This document shows, one piece after another, positions 1 to 9,301 of a stretch of 29,821 nucleotides of DNA (positions within the stretch are counted from its first letter, which is position 1; each line of letters opens with the position of its first letter). The DNA is from Candidatus Thorarchaeota archaeon (GTDB lineage Archaea > Asgardarchaeota > Thorarchaeia > Thorarchaeales > Thorarchaeaceae), in NCBI GenBank assembly GCA_048882485.1, contig JBHLRP010000035.1, positions 3,259 to 33,079 on the forward strand, read 5' to 3'. The notes under the pieces were generated by a model. That model was given only the letters and a program-made list of their open reading frames with translations, made no database searches and had not been told where the DNA came from. The position numbers were made by a program, and so were the translations under genes.

Positions 1-2150
1 TATATCACATAGTTCTCTCCGCCATGGACTTCCCAATCATATTGCTGAGTTCCTTTTGCCCACTCTATTATGTCAGAAGCTGGTACCTCCGTCATTACAG
101 GCGGGCTTGGGGGAATGACATGCAGCCAGGTAGTTGAAGAGGCTACATTGGAAGCAACGTCTTGCAGGAATAGTGTAATATTGTATGTCCCCTCGTCAAA
201 TTTCGGAACTATCCAGTCTATATCATTGGCGCTTCCGTTCCATGTACCGGATTGCTGAAGATCCCCATTTAACATGAGAAACCATTTGGTTGGAGACCTA
301 TCAAAGACCGACCAGCTCATAGTCGTAGTTGAATTCCAGTCTAATGTTGTATCCTCAGGCGAATTGATGAACTCAGGTTTCGCGGATGGATTCAAAGCGG
401 CCCAGAAGGAATCTGTATAGACTGTTCCAGAGGTGTTTGAAAATTCTAGAATGATGTTATGCAGTCCGACTGCCAGGTCGTTCAGGTCCAATAGAATATC
501 TGAACCGTACCAAGGACCCTGCTCAAGAATGGTGCTGTTTGCTGACAATTCATATGATACTGGAAAGGAGGTGACACCACTCCATCGGATGGTTGAATTT
601 GAGGACCCGGTCTCCGTGAACAATGGACCACTTCGATTGACTTGAAATGTCTGCACGCTTACATTCACTGTATCAGTGGTACTGTGGCCTGCTTCATCGC
701 TGACGGTCAGGGTGACATTGTGGTAGCCAACGTCAAGAGATCCGATATTGAAGCTCACATTCGTGGGGCGCCAATATTTATCATATTCAATGGCTCCATT
801 TTTCGAAAGAATGTCATCTACATACAATTCATATGTACCGTGCATAGTCCGCTTCGGTCTGAAGTTGTACCATGCCTGCCACGATAGGTCAAGGTCTGTT
901 CCATAGCTGACTAGGACATCGTCATGTGAAGAGAGAACCGGGGAGAATCGTATTCTCTCCATCCTGTATACACCATAGATGATGTCTTCGGTGTCTCTAA
1001 ATGACATCTCCCAGACGACCTCACCCTCATCATTCACCTCAACAAGACGAGCACCGTAGGGGCCTTCATATTTGATCTCTGTGCCGAACGTCCCTAGACG
1101 ATTTCCATTTGCTAATAGATCAGCGTCACCCCACCAAGCAGAAAAATAACTCAGATCACCAGTCCAGGACCATACCTCCCGGGCAGTCATAGCTTCTTTG
1201 TCAATCTCAATCTCAAGAATGCGGGACCTGAAAGAATACTGTTTGGTCTGATTATGAAAGTCATTATCGAACAAGATGAATCGGTTGTCAGCAATCTGTT
1301 CAACGGAATGAGCATGGTAGAAAAGACTGGCTCTTTCTCGACCGAACCTGTCGAACAACGTGAAATCCCCATGTTCTCCAAGAGCCCAGATTACTTCTCC
1401 AGTAGCATGATCTATCTTGTAGAATTTGTTTACATTTCGCACATTCAGAATGATGGTGTCTTCATCCGCATCGTAGAAGATGCTGTTTGCATGTGTTACG
1501 TCATTCTTGCCCCCATCGCGGTCATGAAAAGGGCACCAATCTGAAAGGCCAATGAAGTCATGAAGGTCCAGCTTCCAAACAAGCGAGCCATTGAGTGCGT
1601 ATTCACGAATCTCATCAAATCGGTAACTCTCACCTTCAATATCAACAAATGTCATATTCAGAGTGAAGATGGTGTCGCTGTTTGGATTATACTCAAGCTC
1701 ATGGTGTCCTCTGATATTGGTATGATGATACTCATCAGTTTCCATATTCCATAGCATGACACCATTTGGACTGTAACCAAGTATCGTTGTGGAATCAATC
1801 ATCTCGACCGGCTTTCTGAAAGCTGAATTCTCAAGGATGAGATTGCCATCCATATCAAAGATGACCAGAGAGTTGTTTATACGTTCGTTATGTTTGCTGG
1901 CATTGATGGCATGCAGATTGAACAGGTTATACCCATCCAGGTACCCCTCGGTCTTTGTTAAGTCAAAAGATATGCCTCCATAGAGAGAGCTTGTTAGTCT
2001 AGTGGTTGCATCCGAGCTATGAGGAGTGTAAGGACCTGGACCGAAGGGGGATGTGCTTTGGGAATAGATGAAGGCTAGAGTGACCCAGAGTCCACTGATA
2101 ATCAATGCCATCAGCGCAAGTGCAATCAGAGTGGCTCTACGCCCCTTCAT
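1..2150 (-). CDS. Aryl-sulfate sulfotransferase (ASST)-like secreted/surface protein with C-terminal Ig-like repeats; 3' end runs off the window
   Basis: Not in the ORF track because there is no stop in the window. Manual translation from ATG at 2150 (GGAGA upstream): MKGRRATLIALALMALIISGLWVTLAF (signal/TM), then GHHELEY, DVTHANSIFYD, LNVRNVNKFYKID..TGEVIWALG, FYHAHSVE, ILFDND, WGDADLLANGNRL, the motif series of the arylsulfotransferase beta-propeller. Frame spot-checked as open at 1139, 659 and 59. Confidence 0.8.
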   Translation of the reverse strand, partial: MKGRRATLIALALMALIISGLWVTLAFIYSQSTSPFGPGPYTPHSSDATTRLTSSLYGGISFDLTKTEGYLDGYNLFNLHAINASKHNERINNSLVIFDMDGNLILENSAFRKPVEMIDSTTILGYSPNGVMLWNMETDEYHHTNIRGHHELEYNPNSDTIFTLNMTFVDIEGESYRFDEIREYALNGSLVWKLDLHDFIGLSDWCPFHDRDGGKNDVTHANSIFYDADEDTIILNVRNVNKFYKIDHATGEVIWALGEHGDFTLFDRFGRERASLFYHAHSVEQIADNRFILFDNDFHNQTKQYSFRSRILEIEIDKEAMTAREVWSWTGDLSYFSAWWGDADLLANGNRLGTFGTEIKYEGPYGARLVEVNDEGEVVWEMSFRDTEDIIYGVYRMERIRFSPVLSSHDDVLVSYGTDLDLSWQAWYNFRPKRTMHGTYELYVDDILSKNGAIEYDKYWRPTNVSFNIGSLDVGYHNVTLTVSDEAGHSTTDTVNVSVQTFQVNRSGPLFTETGSSNSTIRWSGVTSFPVSYELSANSTILEQGPWYGSDILLDLNDLAVGLHNIILEFSNTSGTVYTDSFWAALNPSAKPEFINSPEDTTLDWNSTTTMSWSVFDRSPTKWFLMLNGDLQQSGTWNGSANDIDWIVPKFDEGTYNITLFLQDVASNVASSTTWLHVIPPSPPVMTEVPASDIIEWAKGTQQYDWEVHGGENYVI

Positions 2151-2188
2151 CGAGAGATCTCCGTTTTCTACTACATCCACAGTAGCAT

Positions 2189-2218
2189 TATTGTGGTGTT
2201 GACTATTGTGGTCTTGAA
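2189..2218. repeat. Tandem 15-bp direct repeat in divergent intergenic region, possible regulator site
   Basis: TATTGTGGTGTTGAC (2189-2203) followed by TATTGTGGTCTTGAA (2204-2218), 13/15 identical. Confidence 0.45.
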
Positions 2219-2353
2219 ATATTTGTCCTCACTCATGCAGCAGTTTAAACTTGACCCATAATCAAGAACAATTAATATTCATAGAATAGACTGACATCCT
2301 ACAAATAGGACGGCCTTTGTCTTGCCGCCCCTCAATCGAAGGGTTCAGTCAAA

Positions 2354-3256
2354 ATGGAAACCGCGAATAGCACCATCAAATTGAACATCATCTGCCCAGA
2401 TACCAGCTGTGGAACACACAGGGAGATCTCAGTCCCCGCTGACAATCTGAAGCAATCTGAGTCTGGCATTGTAACTATCTCAATCTCAAAGGGGCTCATA
2501 TGTGATCACAGTTTTCAGGTGTTCGTTGATATGAATGGGAGAGTCCGTGGATACAAGAAGCCCGATTTTGAACTTTCGTTCTCAGTGGAACAAGAAGAAC
2601 CTGATGCTGCCTCTTTTCGTTCAACAGACAAGGTCTTGCAAGGTATCAATGTTATCCTTGGAGAAGAGATGTTCTATAAATCACTTCGATCTGCGCTCTA
2701 TAACTTGCCAACCTATGTCATCACTGGCATTCCCTCCATCCATTCCATGCTGGACAGTTTCAGGAACATATTGAAGCCCTATCTTGATGAACTCACTATC
2801 TGTACATTGGAAGAATACAATCGTGATTATCGGGCGAAACTGGCATTATCCAAAGATGCTGCCTCTTTTGTTATTGCGATAGATCAGCGGATAATCATCA
2901 ATCAAATCTTTGATAGCAGATATAATGTGAAGCAATTCGCTTTGGAAAGATCGATGTTAGACCAAGTGGATCTAGGCCAATCCAACGAACAGACCATACA
3001 GAGCCTGCATGCGCTTTTTGATAATGTGTTGGATACGGCGAAAAGAATCAAGATTGACATGGAGAACGACAAGATTGACAGTAGGAAGGATGTCAAGTCG
3101 AGAGTTACGAAGATGGTCAAAAAGAAGCTGATACTGGACCCAGAAACCGTAGAAGGCATAATAACCAATCGTTATGACTTCGATGTGGATGCCTACTTCA
3201 AAGAGAAATCGAGAGCCTCTGAATGGGGGAAGGGAATTCTCGACCTGACTGGCTAG
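2354..3256 (+). CDS. Hypothetical protein with N-terminal Cys/His Zn-binding domain (Asgard-type) and possible DENN-like core
   Basis: 300-aa ORF; CPDTSC...ICDHSFQVFVDMNGRVRGY pattern, which I recognise as recurrent in Asgard hypothetical proteins. The DENN resemblance is by eye only. Confidence 0.75.
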   Translation: METANSTIKLNIICPDTSCGTHREISVPADNLKQSESGIVTISISKGLICDHSFQVFVDMNGRVRGYKKPDFELSFSVEQEEPDAASFRSTDKVLQGINVILGEEMFYKSLRSALYNLPTYVITGIPSIHSMLDSFRNILKPYLDELTICTLEEYNRDYRAKLALSKDAASFVIAIDQRIIINQIFDSRYNVKQFALERSMLDQVDLGQSNEQTIQSLHALFDNVLDTAKRIKIDMENDKIDSRKDVKSRVTKMVKKKLILDPETVEGIITNRYDFDVDAYFKEKSRASEWGKGILDLTG

Positions 3257-3261
3257 ACGAT

Positions 3262-3765
3262 TTACATCTCATCTATCATATGGCAGAGGAAATTCACTAG
3301 GTCGTCGAAGTTCTCCCCAGTCTTGGAACTGACCATCATATGGTGGATGCCAAGATTCTCAGCCTGTTCCTGTAGGTCTTCAGATGACACAACACAAGGC
3401 AAATCAATCTTAGTCCCAACAAGCACTTTCCTGCCGTTTGGAATCTGAGATATCATTGGCATCCATTCATGGATCTCAAGAAGAGAGTGGAACGATGTAC
3501 AGTCCACTAAAATCAAGGCAATCTTGGATCCAGTCACTAGAGCTCCTTGAAAGAATCTGAACTGCTTCTGTCCTCCAAAATCGAAACATGAAACCTTCAC
3601 TGAATTTGACCCATCGGGCACAACTGTCCAAGACTCGACATCAAAACCAACTGTCATTTTATGACTTATGAAGGAACCAGTGATCAGCCGGGAAATTAGA
3701 GTAGTCTTTCCCGCACCTCCGGCACCAACAACAGCCAGCTTGACAACCCTTGGCAGAGTAACCAT
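3262..3765 (-). CDS. Small Ras/Rab-superfamily GTPase
   Basis: G1 GAGGAGKTT, G2 MTVGF, G3 DFGGQ, G4 GTKID, G5 SSK; 167 aa, no C-terminal lipidation motif. Confidence 0.93.
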   Translation of the reverse strand: MVTLPRVVKLAVVGAGGAGKTTLISRLITGSFISHKMTVGFDVESWTVVPDGSNSVKVSCFDFGGQKQFRFFQGALVTGSKIALILVDCTSFHSLLEIHEWMPMISQIPNGRKVLVGTKIDLPCVVSSEDLQEQAENLGIHHMMVSSKTGENFDDLVNFLCHMIDEM

Positions 3766-3959
3766 TTCCTCTCATCCCTGTGTTTCGATTTTGAAAACGC
3801 AATCCAAGATTGTTTGCCATTCTTCATTCAGTTTAGTTACATATTGCACTCAAATCCCCATTTCATGGATTCGCTCATCATTGTGGGATGTTTGGCTAAA
3901 GAGTGGGATCTGCGCCAGTAATCCCGACTCTCTAGCGTGAAACAAATCTTCTTTGAGCG

Positions 3960-4271
3960 TCATTTAATCCTGTTTAATCCAATGAGGAAAAGCACCAAGC
4001 TTACCACTGCCAGTCCCTCATAGATTTCCTTTACTTTCTCGCCTATTATTGGAATCATCTCGTATCCTGTCTTGCTCAAGACGCCGGAAATACCGCCGTA
4101 GAGACCTGATATAGCGAGCATTAGAAAAGCTGCGAAGAAGTATTTGGCAAGCACGTTCTCTGTCTGTCTGTACTTCCTATAGGTGAAATATGACAGAATC
4201 AAATAGACAAGGCCATAGCCCACCTCTATGGAGTACTCAACCAGGTGTGGTAAATCCAATTGGAGCAACAA
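3960..4271 (-). CDS. Small 3-TM membrane protein (paralog of upstream neighbour)
   Basis: Three hydrophobic segments. Start moved from the track's 4319 to TTG 4271, which follows GGAGGT and lies just after the upstream TAA (4273-4275). Confidence 0.75.
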   Translation of the reverse strand: MLLQLDLPHLVEYSIEVGYGLVYLILSYFTYRKYRQTENVLAKYFFAAFLMLAISGLYGGISGVLSKTGYEMIPIIGEKVKEIYEGLAVVSLVLFLIGLNRIK

Positions 4272-4272
4272 T

Positions 4273-4602
4273 TTAAGATACCTCCTGGGTTGCCTGTCTA
4301 CCAATACCTTGGAGTCCAAGGAAGAATAAGGCGCCTGCTATGAATTGCACGCCCTCGACTATGGCTTCGAGATATTCTTCCTCGATGCCAATAACAGCGG
4401 CCTGAGGAATCACAGTTATTTTCATTACTATTGATGCAGCTACTACTAGGAATGCTATTCCTATGAGTAGCAGTGTTCTGCTTTTCATCCGCGAATAGGA
4501 GAGAAGCGTGTATATTCCAAGAAATAGGAAACCGATCCCTGCTATCACCTGAAGGGACAGGATAACAAGGGGGTCCGTCCAAACGATAGATAACATACTC
4601 AC
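4273..4602 (-). CDS. Small 3-TM membrane protein
   Basis: 109 aa, three hydrophobic segments, YSRMKSRTLLLIGIAFL loop; GAGGGTGA at the start. Confidence 0.78.
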   Translation of the reverse strand: MSMLSIVWTDPLVILSLQVIAGIGFLFLGIYTLLSYSRMKSRTLLLIGIAFLVVAASIVMKITVIPQAAVIGIEEEYLEAIVEGVQFIAGALFFLGLQGIGRQATQEVS

Positions 4603-4834
4603 CCTCTTCCGATATTACATATTTAATTATATGCGGTCTAGTTTCATTACATCTTGAAACTTTTTAATCAAAATTCTAATCCACAGTTGAAAATTTTTGC
4701 TTATCATTTAATGATTCGAGAACGTAACCGAAAGACGATAGAATCTCGTTTTTAGGCCATCTTGCCCATGAAATGGATATCGGGAGAGAATTATAGCAAA
4801 GTAGCCCTATAGTGAATATTCGCCTGGAGGAAGT

Positions 4835-5110
4835 GTGCATAAAACAAAACAAGGACAATCACATCCTTGCTCTTGCCCTTGGTGCTATATTGGTCAAATC
4901 AAAGATGAGGTAATCGTAACTGTTCTTCAAAAACCAACAACTACTACAGCCACAACATCTACGAGTCTAGTTACTAGTCCAGCAAATATACCCACCAGTC
5001 CTATTCCAACAGTCATTAGTCCAATGATAGAGGGAACCCTCCCAATAGCCCTCGGGCTTTCAGGACTTATCATAGCGCTCAATAATGTCATGATTTGCCG
5101 AAGACCTTGA
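4835..5110 (+). pseudogene. Probable remnant: C-terminal Thr/Pro linker plus membrane anchor of a surface protein
   Basis: DEVIVTVLQKPTTTTATTSTS...IALGLSGLIIAL...CRRP looks like the tail of an archaeal surface protein, but no body precedes it and the upstream DNA is AT-rich. Confidence 0.4.
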
Positions 5111-5202
5111 ATACAGGATGCGTGTCAGAAGATAGTTCTGAATGGAAGAGGACGATGACTTGCCGACGTTGACTGCTCAGGTCGATTCATGTCTTTCACC
5201 AA

Positions 5203-5829
5203 TTACCAGCCCAGAAATGTCATCACCTCTTCGAGCAGATAACATGGTGTCTTGCTCAAAGTCCTGCTCACATTCCCCTTCGTGGTCTTTACAGCTTCGG
5301 CAATCTCGGAAATCTGTTTCTTTTCCCAGAGGTAGTAGAAACAATAATGCAGTTGAGTTGCGCTTAAACTGAGAAGATTGGTGAAGAAAAGAACAACATT
5401 GACAATCATCGTTTTCTCATTGTCTGAGGCACTCTCATCAATTTTGAAGCTGGCTGACCTCTTCATGTGTTTCATGCGCTTTATTTCATCCAGAGCTTCT
5501 CTCGCATTCCAAAAGGCAGGTCCATCACAATCATCTGCCATCTCATTATGGATTATGATCTCTCCTGTTCCTAGTCCTACATGAACCTCCAAGTCTTTGA
5601 TCAGGAGCTTATGAAGGAGAAATACAATTGGCTGCCAACTGCTGACTAACAGCTCTATACTATCACCCTGCGTCAAGGCAGGCACGGCAACACAATATTC
5701 TTTGAACCGTTTGTAAGTTTCATCTATCACGCCTCGTATCTCTTTGTCCAATTTTCTCCGCTCGCGGACAGAAACATCTCTGGATGCTACGATGTCTATG
5801 ATAGATGCAATCATTTCCTCATCAACCAA
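5203..5829 (-). CDS. SatD-family protein with C-terminal helix-turn-helix
   Basis: IASIIDIVASR, TQGDSIE, VGLGTGEI, DGPAFWNAREALD motifs; C-terminal KKQISEIAEAVKTTKGNVSRTL HTH. Confidence 0.85.
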   Translation of the reverse strand: MVDEEMIASIIDIVASRDVSVRERRKLDKEIRGVIDETYKRFKEYCVAVPALTQGDSIELLVSSWQPIVFLLHKLLIKDLEVHVGLGTGEIIIHNEMADDCDGPAFWNAREALDEIKRMKHMKRSASFKIDESASDNEKTMIVNVVLFFTNLLSLSATQLHYCFYYLWEKKQISEIAEAVKTTKGNVSRTLSKTPCYLLEEVMTFLGW

Positions 5830-6313
5830 TTAATAGGAACCTAAAGATGCCCCATGTCAATGCCAGAGCCATCGTTATGCTCATGAGCGTGCCTAGAATA
5901 TACCAATCTGCGCAAGCACGATCATCTGTTCCTCTACTCGAATACCTGAAAATTGCTTTGCCAGCCACAATGACTGAGAGAAAGCTTAGAATCGATGCGT
6001 ATGTTAATGCAGTGTCATAATAAGCAATAACAACAGCCAGGAATATCAAACTCCTCTCAGCGTATCCTATAAGATAGCCTCCATGCCTCAACCCTCCACA
6101 TTTGGAAGCAAGGTCTTCACCTGCTTCCTTTCCTATTCCGCTAAAGACGAGGTCTATTAGTAGACCCGGTAAGAAGAGAGCCAATAGGTATCCAAAGACG
6201 ATTGTCAAGAACTCTGAATACAAGGAGGGTATTGGAAATACTCTGATGAGATATAGAGCAATGCTACTTACCAGAGCTACTAGTAGACCTATAATCCTTT
6301 GATATGTTCCCAT
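5822..6313 (-). CDS. DUF3307/SatE-like membrane protein (C-terminal half type)
   Basis: GYLIGYAERSLIF, AGKAIFRY, WYILGTLMS match the motif pattern of the usual SatD partner; 8-nt overlap with satD. Confidence 0.75.
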   Translation of the reverse strand: MGTYQRIIGLLVALVSSIALYLIRVFPIPSLYSEFLTIVFGYLLALFLPGLLIDLVFSGIGKEAGEDLASKCGGLRHGGYLIGYAERSLIFLAVVIAYYDTALTYASILSFLSVIVAGKAIFRYSSRGTDDRACADWYILGTLMSITMALALTWGIFRFLLIG

Positions 6314-6362
6314 GAGAACACCACAATCCAGTAATGACTAACATACAGGTCACACATTATAA

Positions 6363-6439
6363 GTTTACCTTATTAGTAAACAATATACAATGTTAATATA
6401 TTAGGTAAACAAATCTAAATGTTTACCAAAATAGTAAAC
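6363..6439. promoter_or_regulatory. Three phased 19-bp palindromic operators GTTTAC-N7-GTAAAC
   Basis: 6363-6381 GTTTACCTTATTAGTAAAC; 6392-6410 GTTAATATATTAGGTAAAC; 6421-6439 GTTTACCAAAATAGTAAAC. Exact 29-bp period; abuts TTATAA (6357-6362), a candidate TATA box for the minus-strand operon. Confidence 0.8.
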
Positions 6440-6616
6440 TCGCTCCCTCTTTTTAGCTACACTATGTGGATTGTCGAACATATCACCTACTATTGAGTAG
6501 GCGAAGATTGCTCTATGTGATATTCATATGCAGTGCTGTGGACCGTGGACTAGACGATGTGGCTCGGAGAAGCATAAAGAGGAATTGACACCGAAACGCG
6601 GGAGTGTGACCACTCA

Positions 6617-6853
6617 ATGAATGATGAAGATTTCGGGGAGATCAAATTCAAAGGGGATGCGCCAACAGGTCATGCACTCAAGATTATCCTTCTGCTTTCG
6701 GTCTTTATATTGCCATTTATCCTCATCCTTCTACTGCAGGGAATCTTGATTGATTTGTGGGGTGATCCCAGCCCCACTAGCCCATTTTATCTAGCTCTTA
6801 TTGGCGGCTTGCTGATTTGGTTCGCAGCTGGATATGCAATTATCATTCCCTGA
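6617..6853 (+). CDS. Small 2-TM hypothetical membrane protein
   Basis: 78 aa, two strongly hydrophobic segments, ATG start with GGAGTGTGA upstream. Confidence 0.6.
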   Translation: MNDEDFGEIKFKGDAPTGHALKIILLLSVFILPFILILLLQGILIDLWGDPSPTSPFYLALIGGLLIWFAAGYAIIIP

Positions 6854-6913
6854 GTTGGAGAACGAATTGATGTACACTACGGCACTAACTGAGAGATTTG
6901 AATGGGATTTCTG

Positions 6914-9298
6914 TTATGTCAACTGCCGGTCACGGATCACTCTGTCAACATCAATACGTCTGAGGCGCCTTACAGAAGGCAGTGTTGCAATAACAGACGT
7001 TAGAAAAGTTAGAACAGCTATTCCTAGGAGCACCAAGACATTGTACGACGGAACATAGAAGGATATGTACGACTGCATGAAGGTGTTGAACATCCCAGAC
7101 ATTGCAAAGCCCACAGGATAGGACAGTATCACGCCAACGAGAGTCACTATTGATATCTCCAAGAATAGAAGCCGTGTGAGTGTATTTCTCGACCAACCGA
7201 TAGCCTCAAGCTGTGCCAGTTCAGGGATTCGTTCTCCAACGCTTATCGAAACGATATTCCACACAACAGCAAATAGCAATAGCATCGCGATGGCTGCCAT
7301 GCCTACAGCAACTGCGAGCCCCTGAGCTTCACTTAACACGCCACTTGATGCCTGTTCCATGGTCATTGCATTCTCCACATCATCCAATGCAAATGCCTCC
7401 TCGGCTACTGCATCAGGATCTATTCCTCCGGAAGTCTTGACGAACAGTCCGCTAATCATCTCAACGCCGAGTAAGTCGAATGCCTCACTAAGAGAGATGT
7501 AAAGCACATTCATAGGCGAACTCACTAATCCAACTACGGTGAACAATTGGGTCGAACTACCAACGGTGAGATTGACTACATCTCCTTCTTCAACTCCAAT
7601 CGAGTTGGCCACTGCGACATCAATCAGAGCTTCATCATCATCTTGAATGGTCCTGCCTATTTCGAGATTGAAATCATGTAGCTGCCCCATTGTGTTTAAA
7701 CATAGCAAACTGACCAACCTTGATCTGTCAGAAACAACCGCCCTCGTCCCGAGCTTGAGATAGGGCTCATAGCTGTCGATATTGTCCACCTGCGCCATCA
7801 GCGCATCAATCTCTGTCGAGTTCATTGGTTCTTTGAAATCCAAGAGCATGTCCCAGTGCTCATTCTGATCCATATAGACAACGATACTAGTGTTGAATCC
7901 CCCAACCATGATTGTGCCCATTGAGGCCACTGAAGCTGCCAAGGCAATTCCAATGACCATCAATCCTGCGCGGACCTTGTTGAGAGAAATCCCCCTAACT
8001 ACAAACTTGAATCCATATCCTCGAATTCCAATCCGCTTTCCAACTTTCTCTAGGGCTGTTTCACCAACGTATCCTTTCTCCATCATCCACCCACGAATGG
8101 CCCTTATCGGCTCGTACCTTGAGATTTTGCGAATCGGGAAGTATGCAGAAACAAGCACAGTGCCGGGTCCTGCGATTAACGCCCAAACAAAGACCATTGG
8201 TGGCACAGCCCCTGTCAGTATCTCTAATGAATAGACAGAAGCAAAGCTCTGAAGAATCGCCTTTCCTGATGGCTCACCTAGAGGTAGAGCTACAATGGTT
8301 GCTATGAATGCCAAGGCTCCCAAAATGAGAAGGTAGGCTCTTTGAACCTCTGAGGTTGTGTAGCCAAGAGATTTGGTGATGCCAATCTGTCGAGAGTTGA
8401 ACTCGACAATTCTCTTCACCGTGGTGAACACTACAAATGCGGCAACAGCAAAGATGATGCCTGCGAAGAGAACGATGAACTCGTCCGCGACATCAAAACG
8501 TGTGAGTTCAGCGCTTCTCAAATCACTGATGTCCAGAGTGGTCACAATTGGATACGGGTTAATAGCCTCAATAACCAATTCTGAGAGTTCAGTATGGTCA
8601 TAGCCTTCCTCGAAACGAACGATTACCTCATTCACAACATCCTTCTCGCCATATCCTGCATAGGCCAGCTCCTGCAGCACTGAAATGTCCATCCAAATCG
8701 GTGCAACTGCAGAGAATGAAACACGTGAAGGGGCATAGATCAGTTGCTTTGGATTTCTGTGGGGAAACAGATGCTCCAAAGAAATCACTATACCAACCAC
8801 TTCTACTTCGTGGTCCTCTCCAAACACTGACACTGTGATTTCAGACCCCAGTTCGATTCCGTTGTTCGTTGCAAATGTCTTCTCTACCAATGCAGAACGA
8901 TTGTCTGCGGGATTCAGGTAATTCCCTTCGGACAGGAGAAGCCTGAACACATCCGGGGGATTTGCTGGATCAATGCCATAGAGGTCTGCTGGGTTCTCAG
9001 AAGTGCCGGTGAAACTGATATCCCCAAAGACATGGTAGCGACTTGTGAATGCTTCAACGCCCTCGATGTTTTCAATAACACTGATATGATCTCGAGGAGC
9101 GGAATAGGCAACAGCCATGAAGTCTGGTGCAGCATAGGTTTCGTATGTATTGTCAATTGTGGCCCTCATCATTGGCATCATTGCTGAAAACATGACATAA
9201 CTCAAGACAGCGACAAAAACAAGGAACATGCTGCTGACAACTTTTCCTCTCTGACTGAAGATCTCTTTCCTAGTCTTCCGCAGGAGAGTTCCAGCCAA
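6914..9298 (-). CDS. ABC transporter permease, FtsX/MacB-type (duplicated)
   Basis: 794 aa; two MacB-periplasmic/FtsX halves with RQIGITKSLGY and ERIPELAQLEAIGW motifs. Confidence 0.92.
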   Translation of the reverse strand: MAGTLLRKTRKEIFSQRGKVVSSMFLVFVAVLSYVMFSAMMPMMRATIDNTYETYAAPDFMAVAYSAPRDHISVIENIEGVEAFTSRYHVFGDISFTGTSENPADLYGIDPANPPDVFRLLLSEGNYLNPADNRSALVEKTFATNNGIELGSEITVSVFGEDHEVEVVGIVISLEHLFPHRNPKQLIYAPSRVSFSAVAPIWMDISVLQELAYAGYGEKDVVNEVIVRFEEGYDHTELSELVIEAINPYPIVTTLDISDLRSAELTRFDVADEFIVLFAGIIFAVAAFVVFTTVKRIVEFNSRQIGITKSLGYTTSEVQRAYLLILGALAFIATIVALPLGEPSGKAILQSFASVYSLEILTGAVPPMVFVWALIAGPGTVLVSAYFPIRKISRYEPIRAIRGWMMEKGYVGETALEKVGKRIGIRGYGFKFVVRGISLNKVRAGLMVIGIALAASVASMGTIMVGGFNTSIVVYMDQNEHWDMLLDFKEPMNSTEIDALMAQVDNIDSYEPYLKLGTRAVVSDRSRLVSLLCLNTMGQLHDFNLEIGRTIQDDDEALIDVAVANSIGVEEGDVVNLTVGSSTQLFTVVGLVSSPMNVLYISLSEAFDLLGVEMISGLFVKTSGGIDPDAVAEEAFALDDVENAMTMEQASSGVLSEAQGLAVAVGMAAIAMLLLFAVVWNIVSISVGERIPELAQLEAIGWSRNTLTRLLFLEISIVTLVGVILSYPVGFAMSGMFNTFMQSYISFYVPSYNVLVLLGIAVLTFLTSVIATLPSVRRLRRIDVDRVIRDRQLT

Positions 9299-9301
9299 GG
9301 T

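Noticed and set aside
3772-3963. ATG 3963 (overlapping the 3-TM gene stop) opens a frame continuous with the GTPase except for two TGA codons (3850-3852, 3772-3774); considered selenocysteine or readthrough
   Set aside because: The GTPase is complete from 3765 with its own GAGG site; the extension has no recognisable motif and I saw no SECIS. A 37-aa ORF (3850-3963) remains possible but unsupported.
6363-6439. Regularly spaced repeats considered as a CRISPR array
   Set aside because: Only three 19-bp units with 10-bp spacers and no cas genes; fits operators
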